From contig NGBS01000882.1 of assembly GCA_002245135.1 (NCBI GenBank), positions 1-64,000 of the forward strand: DNA of 64,000 bases. Direction: 5' to 3'. Under the pieces are notes generated by a model that saw only the letters and a list, made by a program, of their open reading frames with translations, had not been told where the DNA came from and did not search any database. The translations under genes and the position numbers were made by a program. The DNA is from Proteromonas lacertae (Eukaryota). Below, piece after piece: positions 36,529-49,990 of this stretch (position 1 is the first letter of the stretch; every line of letters begins with the position of its first letter).

Positions 36529-39500
36529 CTAAACTCTTATACCATTTTCATCATTCTTTTTACTTTTATCCTCTTCATCATTTTCTTCTAATCTCTTTTT
36601 CTGAGCATTTTTAAACTCATTCGGTTTATGATGAGAAGCTGTAACTACTTTTAATCTAACATAAAACACTATTCCAACAGCTATTATTATTACTACCACA
36701 ACAACACCACATGTTATTCCTACTATTACTCCTGTACTTGAACTTGATTCTATACAAGTATTTACTTCCATTCCCCATTCAACTTCATTATTACCTCTAA
36801 GCAAACAATCTCGATATATCACTCCTTCACCATCACATTTCATCGTCACTCTACCAATTTCAGATCTTGGCCATCTTCCATCTTTTTCACAATATAATGT
36901 TATTATCTCTAACTCTATAAATGTCTTATCTTCACCATAGTTGTTAGATACTGTTAATGTATAGTTTTTCATCTCACTTAATTCACTTGGTTCACCACTT
37001 ACCATTCCTCTTGTACTATCAAATTTTAAACCTCTTGGTAAATCAGGTGTTATTGAATATACTAAATTATCTCCTTTTACTATCACTAATGCAATTGGAG
37101 TTGAGATTTCTACATTCATTATTAAACTCACTCTTGGATCTATTATGGACTTAATTATTGGTTTATTATTCATTAAGAATATAAATTCGATTTCTATTAA
37201 TGTAGCTGCATTTACAGATGTTGAATTTGATCTGATTGAAAATGTAATTGTTTGGTTTAATACAGATTCATATACTGTTCCACTCACACTTCCTTCATTT
37301 TCTAATTTAAACACTAAACCAGGTATTTGTTCTATCATATATATAAATATAAAGAATATATATACTTGAACTTTCAAATATTAAGTCTTTTCCTACTACA
37401 CTGTATAATTTCTCATTTACTGGTTCTTTGATTTTTATTATTACTTTATCTACTTTACTCATTACAACTGGATATGGAGGAAGAGTTATTATGATAGTTA
37501 TTGGAACTGTTATTGGTTTATTTCCTGTTGTTGATCTTATATTGATTTGAATTGGAATATTTTGGTCTTTTGAATCAGAAGTATAAACTATTTTACCTTT
37601 CATTTTTCCACTTGTTCTATCAAGAACTAAACCATTTGGTAATGTGTCACTCGTTGTATATTCAAGATTCTTTCCAGTCACTTCCATGAATTCTATCTCA
37701 TTTTCTACTTCATAATAGAATGTGATATTATCAAATGAAGATAATAATATTGGATCATCACCAACTATTACAATTATTTCTACATCCATATAATAGGGTT
37801 CTTTTTCATCTTTATCTGTTACTACAAATCGATAAGATTCTTTACTTTCACCAAATACAGTTCCATATAAAAATCCTTCACTTCCATCGATATTTAATCC
37901 AGAAGGTAAACTAATTGATTCTTCACTTACATAATATTTCAAATTTTCACCAAATACTTTACAGAATTCTAATCTTTCATATTTTACTCCAGAGGTTAAA
38001 GTGATTGTTTTATTATAAGAAGAAATTACTGGATGAGGAGCAAGAACTGTTTCAATTGAGATTGTTGTTTCTGTTGTTCCTCCAGTTGCTTCAATGATTA
38101 TTGTTACTTCAGTTGTTGATAATAATCTTTCTCTTCTACCTTCTGTTACTTTTCCCGTCAAATAACCTGTTGTTTCATTTATATATAAACCAGGAGGAGC
38201 ATTTATCATTCTATAAGATATTATATTTCCTATTACATTCACAATTTGAATATTGATTTCTACCCCTAATTGAACTTCACATTTTTCTTGCTTTGATATT
38301 ATTACTGGTAGTTCTTCACATTCATTTGTTAATTGTCTCCAAGTTCCTCTATCACATATAAATGATTTTTCTTTATCTGTTGGATATTTACATTGTTGAT
38401 TTACAGTTCTACCATTTGGCGATTTTTCAAAGGATGTATTTCCATATACTTGAGATTCACAATATGTTAATGGACATGAAAGAAAGCCTAAGGTTTGAAC
38501 ATTGAATGTTGAATAAGTATCATCATTTAAATGATGAACTAAGATTTTCAAATGATGAAATACATCAGCTTTATCATAGAATGATGATTGATAATTTTTA
38601 TTTGATGAAGTTATTTTTGTATCATTTTCTTCCATTAATGTTATCCATGTTCCATTTTCTAATTCTCCTGTTAATTCTATATGCTTTGGAGCTCCTTTCT
38701 CCATACCACTTCCTAATTTTACTATAAAATTATTGAAATAATAATAATTATTGTCATTAAATTCTATTTCAGCATAAATTGGATTTTCTGGAAAATCTGA
38801 TGGTCTTTTGTCAGACCAAGATGATGTTCCTTCATACACAAATGCATTATCAGCTGGGTTTCTTGATCCAGGAGGATTTGCAGATATTACTCTTCCACCA
38901 TACGGATTGATTGCTGTACATCCATTTTCATCACCTCCTAATGGCATTACAAAGAATTTCAATTGAGGTAATGAAGTTTCTGATGAATGTCTATGTAATT
39001 CTACTGCTATTACATTTGCTGTTGATAATAATATTTCAGTTGGTAATATAAATCTTACTATTGTCAATTCTCTTTCTATTCCAGTTGCTTCATCATTCTC
39101 ATTTAATTCACCTACTCTAACATTTCTTCTTAAATACTCTTTTCCATTAATATATACCACTATTCCTGAATAATAATTCAATCTCATTATAAATGTAGAT
39201 TCTTCAGATCTTGATGATAAAGTCATTAGTTTTCTTAAATAAATTGCTTTGGTTGTTGATTGAGGTAAATTTGATATCAGTGAAGATTTCCATGGTTGAG
39301 AGAATGAAGGAAGATTCCAATCTTTTACATATTTGTCATTATAATTCCATTCAACAGCTAAATCAATTGTATATTTCACTATTCAATATAAGAATATATA
39401 TTAATAAATACAAAACTGTGTGATAGTTTGTGAAGCAAAAGCAGTTAATTTAACATTTGGAATGATAATTGTATCATACATCGTTATTGACACTGTATTA

Positions 39501-42477
39501 GAACCCCATCCATATCCTCCATCAAATTTAAATGTATACAATCCTTCTTTTGCACATATTTTATCAATTTTAACACCTGCTTTAAACATTTCACTTGATA
39601 TACTGTATATAGTTTTATCATCTATTAATATTTTCACATCAATACTATCTGAAATATATGCTTGTGTAATATTGTAAAATATTCTTAAAAACACATCACC
39701 TGCTTTTTCACAATCTTCTTCTTCTGTGTTTTCTGTACCAATCAATGTGAATGTGCAATTAGCTTTTCCATATGGACCGATTGCATATACAGTTATTCTA
39801 TTCAAGTATTATATATAAATGATTATACATAGTTTCGAATGTATTAGTAATTAATCCTGTAATTGCTCCAGTTTTTGTATTAAATGTTAAATCTTTTGGA
39901 AGATCTCCAGTTACTAATGTATAATTATCAATTATTCCTTTAGTAATTGGAAGTAAATTATTCACTTTTTCTTTCATTATTACAATAGTATCATTTCCAT
40001 AATTAAAACTTGGAATTCCAAAATCTATAAAGCAATAGAATAAACAAAAAAATACATAATGACAATGTCCTATCTAATGGTACTGAAGGTTTATACTTAT
40101 CTGATAAAATAACTACAGAACCATATAAAACATTTAATGTAATTTCTGCTCTAATATCTGTAGCGACAAATCGATAACTCTCTTCATTCAAACATGCAAA
40201 TGTTTCATCATAATAACCATTAGATATATCACCAACTTTAGCTATCCATTCTTTTACAACAACATTATTCATATCTCTTATTTCAAGAGTTAATTTTCCA
40301 TTATACCCCCTTTCGCAGTGATTGATATATATTTCTTATTACCTTCACATTTGGAAGTGAAGTGAATAGATATTGAACCACTACTTTGAATTGATCCAAC
40401 TCCTTTAGCAATAAATGTCAATCTATATTTTATATAAATATAAAAACAAAATGAATAATACTCAAATGAGTCTATATCAGTTGTAGGTTTTCCAATTATT
40501 ATTGTTTTACTTCCTGGAGTTGTTATTTCAATACCTTCTGGTAATTTACTGGTTATTTCATAGGATATTACATTTCCAACACCAGCTAATATCTCGTGGT
40601 TTAATCCATCTTCTTTAGCTACAGATACATTATTTCCTGCATTTTTACCTTCAATAAGATCATATAAATAAAATTCACTTGGTGGTTTTTCACTTTGAAT
40701 TTCGATATTTATTGTTGTTTCATATTTTTTACCATTTTCATATTCAAATGTGATTTTATAGGGAGATGATTGTTGATCTTCTCCAGTTGGAGTTCCATAT
40801 ATTGTTCCTTCAGGTGTTATATCTAAACCAACTGGTAAATCTCTATCTTTGGTTATTTGTTTTATCACTCCTTCTGGTTTGTAAATTACATTATTTGCTG
40901 AAATTGGTTCACTTTTTGTATAAATTGCTGATATGTATCTATATTGAACTTTACTATAAGGAGCTATTTAAATAACAATAATATAATAATAAATATACTA
41001 ATTAATGAATAAGAACCAATATTTTGAGATTCACAATTATCAGCAGACTCACCATAACACATATCCATCTTTATATTTGGATCATTTTTATGAAATGCAA
41101 CTTTGTATGTGAATTGATATAGACCAGGTGATTTAAATGTACATCTGAATCCTGTTGTATATTCTCCACATCTACCAATTCCCAGATTACAAACATCAGG
41201 AATGCTAAAACTATACGCATCATTTGATTGAGATATCATGAAATAATTACCTGCATTTGTAATATTTAAAAATCCAGTCCATTTTACTGCAAATGGAACT
41301 GTCATTTCTGAACCTAATCCTTCCCATACACCATCACCTTCTTTATAATCAATTACAGAATCAATTCTTTGAACTCTTAAATTTACATTACTATCACCTG
41401 GTTCATATACATTATCACAATATTCACTTGGAGTTGTCATTTTCATATAATAAGCACCAATTCCTGGAATTAACACTGTATCATCTTTAACAGCTATAGT
41501 AATAGTTTCAACATTTGATAAAGAGTTTAAATCATCACACACAACTTTATATTCTTTTGCTTCTTGTATTTCAGTAGCTGTACCTTTTATCCTATTTTCG
41601 AATGAAGATATTTCTAAGCCGGATGGAAGTGGTGGATCTACAGAACATGAATAATATGATCTAGAAGAGAGTGTAGTAAATGGAATTTCATCTTCTTGAC
41701 CTTTCACAAGTGTAAAATCAATTGTTGTAAATTGAATTCCTTTACCAGGAACAAAATTTTCTTTTTCTTCATCTCCAGTAACTTCTATTGATGTGGAAAG
41801 TATTTTTTCTCCTCCAATAATTGCATGAACTGTAATTCTATTTTAAAACATAGTATTAGAAATAATAATACGTAAATGGTGTTGAGCTTGCATCATATGC
41901 ATCATGAGGAACACTCATTACACCTGATGCTGTATCAACAGTTATTTTCGTTGATACTGATGTTTCTAATTCATATCTATTACTGCATAACAAATAATAA
42001 ATATACGAATCAACATCTCCATCAATTCTTGGTTCTAATGAAAAAGGATTGTAAGGTAGTGACTTCCACTTGCTACTTCCATAATGGAAATAAGTAGGTG
42101 CTGATCGAACTATATAAAACATAATAAAATGAAAAATACCTGAAATTGTTATTCTACTTTCTAAAACTTCACCAGAAGCAGATTTCAGTATTACTCTATG
42201 TTCTCTTGTTTTGCAAATACTACTAGGTCTTCCTGAAATCACTCCTGATTTTGGATTAAAAACCAATCCTTCACATAATTCACCAGTTATCGAATATTCA
42301 CCATATACATGAGTGACTGGACGGTTATCTTGGATTTTTGAACCAACAAAATAGGTTGAATCACTGTTTTTGTAAGTAAATTGAGTATGACTTGTTGCAA
42401 CAACAACTATACAGCATTAAAAAAACTAGTACTATACTAAATACACAAAACAGCAACGATAATACAGACATATTCAT
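36529..42477 (-). CDS. Surface protein A, arm-2 copy, with a 1-nt frameshift near 40308 (error or lesion)
   Basis: Mirror of 2745-8694; reads AAAGGGGGTAT on the coding strand vs AAAGGTGGGTAT in arm 1, splitting the 288-aa ORF into 192 + 89 aa. Confidence 0.82.
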
Positions 42478-42785
42478 AATGCTGATTAAACACGCTGAAA
42501 ATATGAATTTTATTGGTTTATTTGTTGGGGTATGAAAAATCATTATTTTTCGAATTAAATATTTTTGATTGGTGTAAAGCAGCAAAATTATAATAAATTA
42601 TAGATGAATTACGAAGATATTGGAATGAATAAAAATAAAATTCATTAAGTGTATTGAAGTTTCTTCCAATTTTACTAAAGTAGGATAAAACAACCTACAT
42701 ACAATTTATCCATTATAAAACAATATATCCTATATATCAACAAAGAAATGCAATAATAATTATTATTATAATATTAAAATGATGA

Positions 42786-44281
42786 TTATAGTATTGAACT
42801 GTCAATTGATTCTAATAAATTCTTTACAAATTGTTTGGTTCTAGTTGTATATCCCATCATATCAGATCGAAATTGACGAAATTCTTCATAAGGACGATTA
42901 TATGAAACAAATGGATCTAATTTCTTTTCTAATTGTTCATGTAATTCTTCAGTTAGACCATTTAATATAGATCGATGTTCATCGAATAGTCTATTTTGAG
43001 CATCTTTAGTTTGTAAATAATATCCATAAACATAACTCCAAGTTAATATTTGACGATTTTCTATCACTTGATCAACAGCATCTCTTAAAAATGATACTTC
43101 ATCTCGACTATGTCCTCTGTTTATTAATAATTCAATATGTTTTTCTATCTGAGGTTTTAAAGAAACACCAAAATCTTTTGATTTTTTATTGTTTATAAAT
43201 CTGTCGAAATAATATTGGTATATCTGTAATTCTGCTTTACAATTCTCCTTCTTTTGTTCTTCCTTACTTAAAGCTCCTTTCTTCTCCAATTCTTTATAAA
43301 TCGTACATTCATAATATCCACCAGTTTTACTACCATGTTTACTCCAATCTCCCATACATAACCAACAAAATTCATGTCCACATCCACCTACGGCTTTATT
43401 ACATGTCATATGATTACAACCTTGATTCTTTTCTATATTTGTATGACATTTTGGACATTGTTTTGTATTAGCTGTTAACCATTTTACATTTTCACCATCA
43501 TCAATACTTTTCTGATTCCAAGCTTTCACCATTTCACAAGTTGCTGGTCTATGTGGTTCTTCTAAACATTTGAAACAAAATGTTGTTTTACATTTTGGAC
43601 AAATCACATTTGATGAACCTCCACTTGGAAATTGACATATTAATGGACAATCTCTTCCTACACACCAATTATAATCAGGATTGTCATTTACAAATGATTT
43701 TATCATTAATCTTTCATATCTATCCCACATATTACTATCTAAAAATCTTTTAAAAACTTCATCAGGAATTCGTTGAGGACATTTATCTTCAAAGCATTTA
43801 CTGTTTATACAAGACATTCCTTTGTTAACTAACACGTTTAATTGCGTTTTCCAACAATTAACACAATATTCATGTCCACAACAAAGAGCAAAGAAATTAT
43901 CTTCACTATATTCATCACAACAAACAAAACACATATGAACACCTTTTTCTCTTTCAACTGGCTTTCCTTTATCAAAACCTAACTCTTTCCTTACTTGATC
44001 GAATTGGGATAAATAAATATCTTGAGCACGAATTGTATCCCATCTATATGCTCTGATTAAGGACATGGACTCATTATAATCTAAACTCAATGTATCGCAA
44101 ACCTTTTGAACTACATCTTTAATATCAGACAGAACTTGCATTTCATCAACAAAAGTATAAACAGGTTTGGACTGAATTCTATAATATTTTATTAATTTCA
44201 TTGATACTCTATAACTGGAACATCCTCATCATCTGAATATTCATATTCATCTCCGTCGTCCTCCTCTATATCAGAAGACAT
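42786..44281 (-). CDS. Ariadne-like RBR E3 ubiquitin ligase, intact, ~488 aa; intron 44179-44207
   Basis: MSSDIEEDDGDEYEYSDDED start; RING1, IBR, RING2 (KQCPKCHTNIEKNQGCNHMTC...HEFCWLC) and Ariadne domain. Confidence 0.93.
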
Positions 44282-44561
44282 TGTGAATTAAAAGAAGAAT
44301 TTTCGAAACCCCAAAAAATGAAAAACGTAATATCTCTACATTGTAAAAGTAAGTTAACATAATATGTATAAATACAATAGTATTTATCTATAATTATATC
44401 ATTAATAACCTCTTTTCTTACTTATTTGTAGATGAGCTGTAAAATGAAAAGAGTGCAAAAGATGAATAGAAATGTTGGAAATCATTTAGATAGGTAAATA
44501 TTTTGATTTATAAAAATGTAATCCAACAAAATATTCAACAATTATAGAAATAAACTATAAA

Positions 44562-46420
44562 TCATTTCTTAGTAGTAGTACTATTAAATAAAAGCAAATT
44601 CACACTGTTCAAAAACGCAGGAATTGAGTTAAAATCAGTAATATATCTCAAATATGTATCATTAAGTGAATGAATAAAGTCACTTTCTAGCAATTCATAA
44701 TTACCATCTTTCTTCACAAACAATATATAATCATCTTCATTCTCTGCATATATCGATATTAATTTATAAGTATCGTCTTTCATTTCAATATCATACCCAG
44801 TTAATGATGAAACAGCTTCTCTGAAATTTCCAGTGAATGTTTGAAAGACTTCTCGATATCTTTGTAACTTTTTCACATAATCAACATCGCCAGTAACTGG
44901 AAGAGGTGTAGTAGGAACAGTAGAAGCAATTTCTGGTTTTGTTTCTTTCAATTTTTCATTTTCTTCTTTTAAAAATTCAATCTCTTTTCGAAGTCTTTTG
45001 ATCATTTCCTGTTGTTGATCGATTATCGGATTCATTTTACTATGAAGTATTTTGGTTGTTGTTGGATTGAAGTTTCCTTTTCCTACTCTATTAATCAACT
45101 CAGCAACTTGATTCTCTAAATTGTCATTCTTTTTCATCAAGTCTTCATTTTCTTTTGTTAATTGATTTATATGTTTTTTCCATTCTTCTATTGTTGATCT
45201 TTCTAAATTCTCAGCATTTTCATTCCCATTATTATTGCAACTTTCAGTTATATATTGTGATAATAACAGCGAAGAATCAGGATGTGATGTAATATAATCA
45301 TTTATCTTCGTTGTTATTAATTTATTAGATTTTGTGTCATTTATCATTGAATAGATTAATCCTCGATAACTTTTAATATTCATTTCTAATAATGCATTCT
45401 ATAATAATAATACATATAAATAATTTATATATATATATATATATACATTCTTTTGTACTTCAATTTGACTTTCATTCAGTAAAGATAATCGTGTTGTTAC
45501 TTTTGAATATTTTTCTTCCGATTTTCCTTTCGTTTCTAACAACAATATCTGATCATTTCTAATCGTTTCAATGTATTGCATTAGATTAGTTAAAACTGTC
45601 TTTTTATCATCATATCCTTCTCCAATAATATTCAATACTTCATTTTCAAAATCTTTTTGCTCTTTCACTACAGTGTCATATTTTTGACGAAGTTCTGAAG
45701 TTTCATTTAATGTTAAAATAAGTGATTGATTTTGTTGTTTTAATGATTCTATTTCGTTCTTTAACACTTGTTGATCTCTTATTGATTTTTGAAGGTCATT
45801 TATTTTATTCAATAAATTTCTATTATCATCTCTTAACTTTGGAATCATATAATTCTCTGTTGGAACGTTATTCAACACTTTTTCTGTTGTGTATAATCTG
45901 AATTGGTCTTCTTTTGTTTCTATTTCTTTGTATAGTAATAGTTGATCATCTAGTAGTTTGTTATTCTGATTTGTTAATTCAGTTATGGTTTCTTTTACTT
46001 CTTTTAATAATTCTTTCGTTTCTTCTACTTGAGTCTTTAAAGATTGATTTTCTTTTTCTAAACACTCATTTTGTATTCTAAGTTGTATATTATCTTGTTC
46101 TACTTCTGTTACTTTGCTTTCTAATTCTGTATTCTTTTGTATTGCCTTCCAATACTTGCATTGATTATCATTATACTTTTTCTCAACTTCTGTTTTCTCA
46201 TTTCTTAGTTCTGTTAGTTTTTCTTTATATGTTCCATTTTCATATGTTAACAAATCTATGTGACACTGTAGTTGATTTATTGTTCGGTGATTATCATTCT
46301 ATTTTTATATAATCAAACAAAACTTACAGTCTCAGAAGTATCAATAATTTCATTCTCTTCATCCTGCTGACTTGAATAATTTTCACTTATTCTTAATCTC
46401 CTTTTCTTAATACTACTCAT
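44562..46420 (-). CDS. MAD1: Spindle checkpoint protein MAD1, ~593 aa; introns 46299-46327 and 45399-45446
   Basis: Long coiled coil, KILHSKMNP Mad2-interaction-like motif, C-terminal REVFQT..FREAVSSLTGYDI..YKLISIYAE..NSIPAFLNSVNLLLF. Confidence 0.9.
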
Positions 46421-46504
46421 GAAAATGACAAAACAAATAAATTAAGGTTTGGCTTGAATTGAGTTATTTTTTTCTTTCTTTTTCTCGATATTTAATTTGT
46501 CTAA

Positions 46505-48042
46505 ATGGATGAAGTTGTATGATTCTATTTTGTTATTATAATAGGAGACAATTGAAGATGTTCTGAGAGCTGATTTAGATGATCTTGACTCAGATTCTGA
46601 AGAGAGTGATAACAATGAAAATAATAACAATAGTAACAAAATGGAAGAGGAGAATAATTCAGAAGAACAGTTGAGTGATGATAAGAAATCTGTATTACTT
46701 ACTTTTTTATTTTCTAGGTTATGACTACTTTAAAACCTGTAGATATTAACAATATATGTCGTTTACGTAATAGTAAAGAGTATGAGAATTTAATGACTGT
46801 ATAAATTACATTTTTATTTTAATATTACATTTATAGAGAGTTAGAGAGAATCTAAATAAATCAGTACAATCAATAACAAAAGGTGGAGATGAATATAAAT
46901 TAATAGTAGACTCAAACCAATACATCTCAGATATAACAGAAGAAATATTTTCAATTCAACAATTTGTGATTGATCATTATAGTATAAGATTCCCTGATTT
47001 GGAGAAAACAGTAGTAAATCCAACACAATATATGCAAGTAGTGAAGAAAATAGGGAATAATATGAATATAAATGTTGATACAGAATTTGAGAATATAAAT
47101 CCATCTGAAAAGATGATGATTAGTGTAATAGCAAGTTCATTAAAAACAGATCCACTTCCAGATAAAGAATTAAGCTTGATTGAACAAGCCTGCCAAGAAG
47201 GATTAGATTTAGATAAAGATCGAGATGATTTAATAAAATATGTCAGTTCCAGAATGAAATACATATGTCCAAATGTAAATGCATTACTCGGACCAGCATT
47301 AGCAGCCAAAATAGTAGGAAAAGCAGGTGGATTAGAAAAATTGTCAAATATGCCTTCCTGTAATATATTATTATTAGGTCAATTAAAACAATTTTCAAGC
47401 TCATTTTTATCTGCCTCAGCTATAAGACACAAAGGCTTTGTATATGATAGTGATGTAATTCAAGAATGTCCACCTGATTTAAGAACAAAAGCATGTAGAT
47501 TATTATCAAATAAATTAGTATTAGCTGCAAGATATGATTTAACCAATGGTAGTGGAAATAGCAATTACGGTGAGCAATTATTGAAGGATATAAAAGATAG
47601 AATAGAAAAGTGGCAAGAACCACAAAAATGTAAAACAAAGAAGATATTACCAGCTCCAGATCAAAAACCTACAAAAAGAAGAGGCGGAAAAAGAATTAGA
47701 AAGCGTAAAGAATTACTAGGTATGACAGAAATGAGAAAAAGACAGAATAGAATAATATTTGGTAATAGCACTGGTGAATATGGAGATACAGCTATGGGAT
47801 ATGACTTTGGATCATTAAATCAAGAAGGAAATGGTAATATAAGAATATTAAAGAAAGAGCAGAAAATCATAAAGAAAAAATCATTTGGCTTGAGTGGTAA
47901 GAGTAGTGGATTTTCTTCATCTTTTGCAATTACACCAGTTCAAGGATTAGAATTGAAGAATCCTGATTATAAGAGTAATACAGATAAGAAAGAGAAGTAT
48001 TTTTCCAGTACAAGTGGCTTTAGTAGTGTAGCTCCAAAGTAA
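46505..48042 (+). CDS. PRP31: U4/U6 snRNP protein Prp31, ~481 aa; introns 46517-46544, 46692-46717, 46799-46836
   Basis: YSIRFPDLE, Nop domain AGGLEKLSNMPSCNILLLG, KRRGGKRIRKRKE, TEMRKRQNR, ITPVQGLEL. Confidence 0.95.
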
Positions 48043-48241
48043 ATATGATTCTTTATTTTTCTAATTATTATTTTTTGTTACTATGATTTGTTTGCCTATG
48101 CAATTATTGTATATCCATGAAATGTGTAGAAATTATGTTTTGTTAAAGAAGTAATGAATGATTGACATATGACATTGTCAGTAATTGTCAAAACAAAAAA
48201 ATTCTTTCTGTGTTTAATTCGTTTGTAATAAAAAGTAATTG

Positions 48242-48963
48242 ATGGTATTATAAATGTATTTAAGTAAATAGGAGTCTGAAATACTCGAACAATGGAATAA
48301 TTTCTCTGAAATGGAAGATAGAGATAAACAGAGAATAGAAGACTTTGCAAACTATTATGGAGTTATTCGTGTATATAAGATAAAATGAACTATACTATTA
48401 GACAATCGAAGAGCTAACTAGAATCAATAATTCAACTCCACTTCCAGATTATACAACTGAACTTCGTAATTTACTAATTGATGAAAGAAAGCAACGTGAA
48501 ATGTTGAATATTGAATTAGAATCTTTTATTAAAACGTAAATATTATTTTATTAATTCTTATAGATATAATTTGCACTTTACATTTGTTGAGAAAATAGTA
48601 AACGAGAATAATAAATCAGATAAAGTACTAACATTAAACGATAGTCAGTTTTCAATTCAAATTATTCAATTAATTACACAAATAAGAGATGCAATTGCTT
48701 TATTATCAAATGAAATGTTATTATCAACAGGTATTGATCAAATAAAAATAGCATCAGACAATATAAGAAGGTTAACAAGTCAACATGAACAAAATCCCCG
48801 AGCCAAAGAGATTCCAGCTTGTTTAAAGGAGTTTGCTGAGTTGTGTCATGGCTTATGCAGTGCATATGATAATACCCATACATGTAGAGCTGCAGATTAT
48901 GATAATATATATCAACAAGTAGAATTATTGATGACTACTATGAATATATATGCTCAGAGCTAA
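48242..48963 (+). CDS. VPS28: Divergent ESCRT-I subunit VPS28-like protein, ~211 aa; introns 48245-48271, 48371-48401, 48536-48563
   Basis: Spliced product has RDKQRIEDFANYYGVIRTIEEL, DYTTELRNLL, LESFIKTYNL and IIQLITQIRDAI..GIDQI, matching the VPS28 pattern and typical length. Confidence 0.62.
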
Positions 48964-49125
48964 TTATTTAGATTATATATATATGTATGTATTTTTAAAT
49001 ATTTCCCTATAAAACACACATTTTAAATCTAATATGAAATCATAAATCATAAATCATAAATTTTAAATAGTATATTCTTTATTTATATTTTTATACATAA
49101 TATCCTTCTTTTTCAAGCCGTCGTG

Positions 49126-49464
49126 TTAGAGTTTGAATTGAACATTCAAGCCAGGGAAAGTGTTCTTCAAGGCTATTAACAAATCGGACTTAGTTGCGTC
49201 AGGTTTTTCTTCCAGTACTTTGTTTATCACAGCAAAGTGGTCATCAGTAAATTCAATCCTAGTTCTATCGTGTACTTTTAAAGAAAGGTCTGTTGAAAAG
49301 GATTCTATCTCCATTGTCAGTACGTTGACGTGATATTTTGTTAAACCAAATATTTTTTCTATCTCTAATAATGAGTAGCCTATTTGAGTCATGCTCATTA
49401 TAAGAATAGCCCATACCGGTCTAGGGAGTGTAATTCTACCTTTATTGCTTATCGAATGATTCAT
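49126..49464 (-). mobile_element. 112-aa ORF resembling the bipartite HTH DNA-binding region of a Tc1/IS630-type transposase; no DDE domain or terminal repeats seen
   Basis: GYSLLEIEKIFGLTKYHV (HTH1) and FTDDHFAVINKVLEEKPDATKSDLLIALKNTFPGLNV (HTH2); more GC-ending codons than neighbouring genes. Confidence 0.55.
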
Positions 49465-49990
49465 TCTTATGAAATCTTTTAAAAATGAGAATTTTGTCCG
49501 TTATTCAAATAAATAATATCATGTTGTTATATCATATACAGTGAATACAGTCCTATACACTAGAAAAGTACATGTGTACCATGCTAAAAATAACTCGTAC
49601 GTGAGTACAATGCGTTGTATTGAAATAGCTGTCTGATATTACTTCATCATGACTTATTGAGCATTTAGTTGTTACATACCATCAATTGATTTAAAGATGC
49701 ATAATAGAATCTAATTATGAGTGAAGTATAGTCCATTATTCATATTAATTATCATAATATGATTCAATGAATATAGAGTTATGAACGTTTGAACAGATTG
49801 AGTGTTTCATTCTACATCTGCACTACTATCATAAACTGAAAAACAATTATCATCCTCAATCTTATAATTAATTTTTCTTAAAACATAAATGTTTAATTAA
49901 TCATACTTTATATAATGCTTAGTACCATAAAAACTACAAAAGATCATATTTTTTTACTAAAAATCAATAAAAATCTTTATTTTTTTTGTA

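Larger units (their letters stand above)
33485..45226. repeat. Right arm of the inverted duplication (may extend further right; partner leaves the window)
   Basis: Reverse complement of 1-11738. Confidence 0.97.

Noticed and set aside
48096..48350. 84-aa minus-strand ORF
   Set aside because: TTG start, overlaps the VPS28-like 5' end, no motif.
49535..49625. TACAGT sites and short palindromes as possible Tc1 termini for the HTH ORF
   Set aside because: Orientation does not fit and no matching inverted partner was found on the other side of the ORF.
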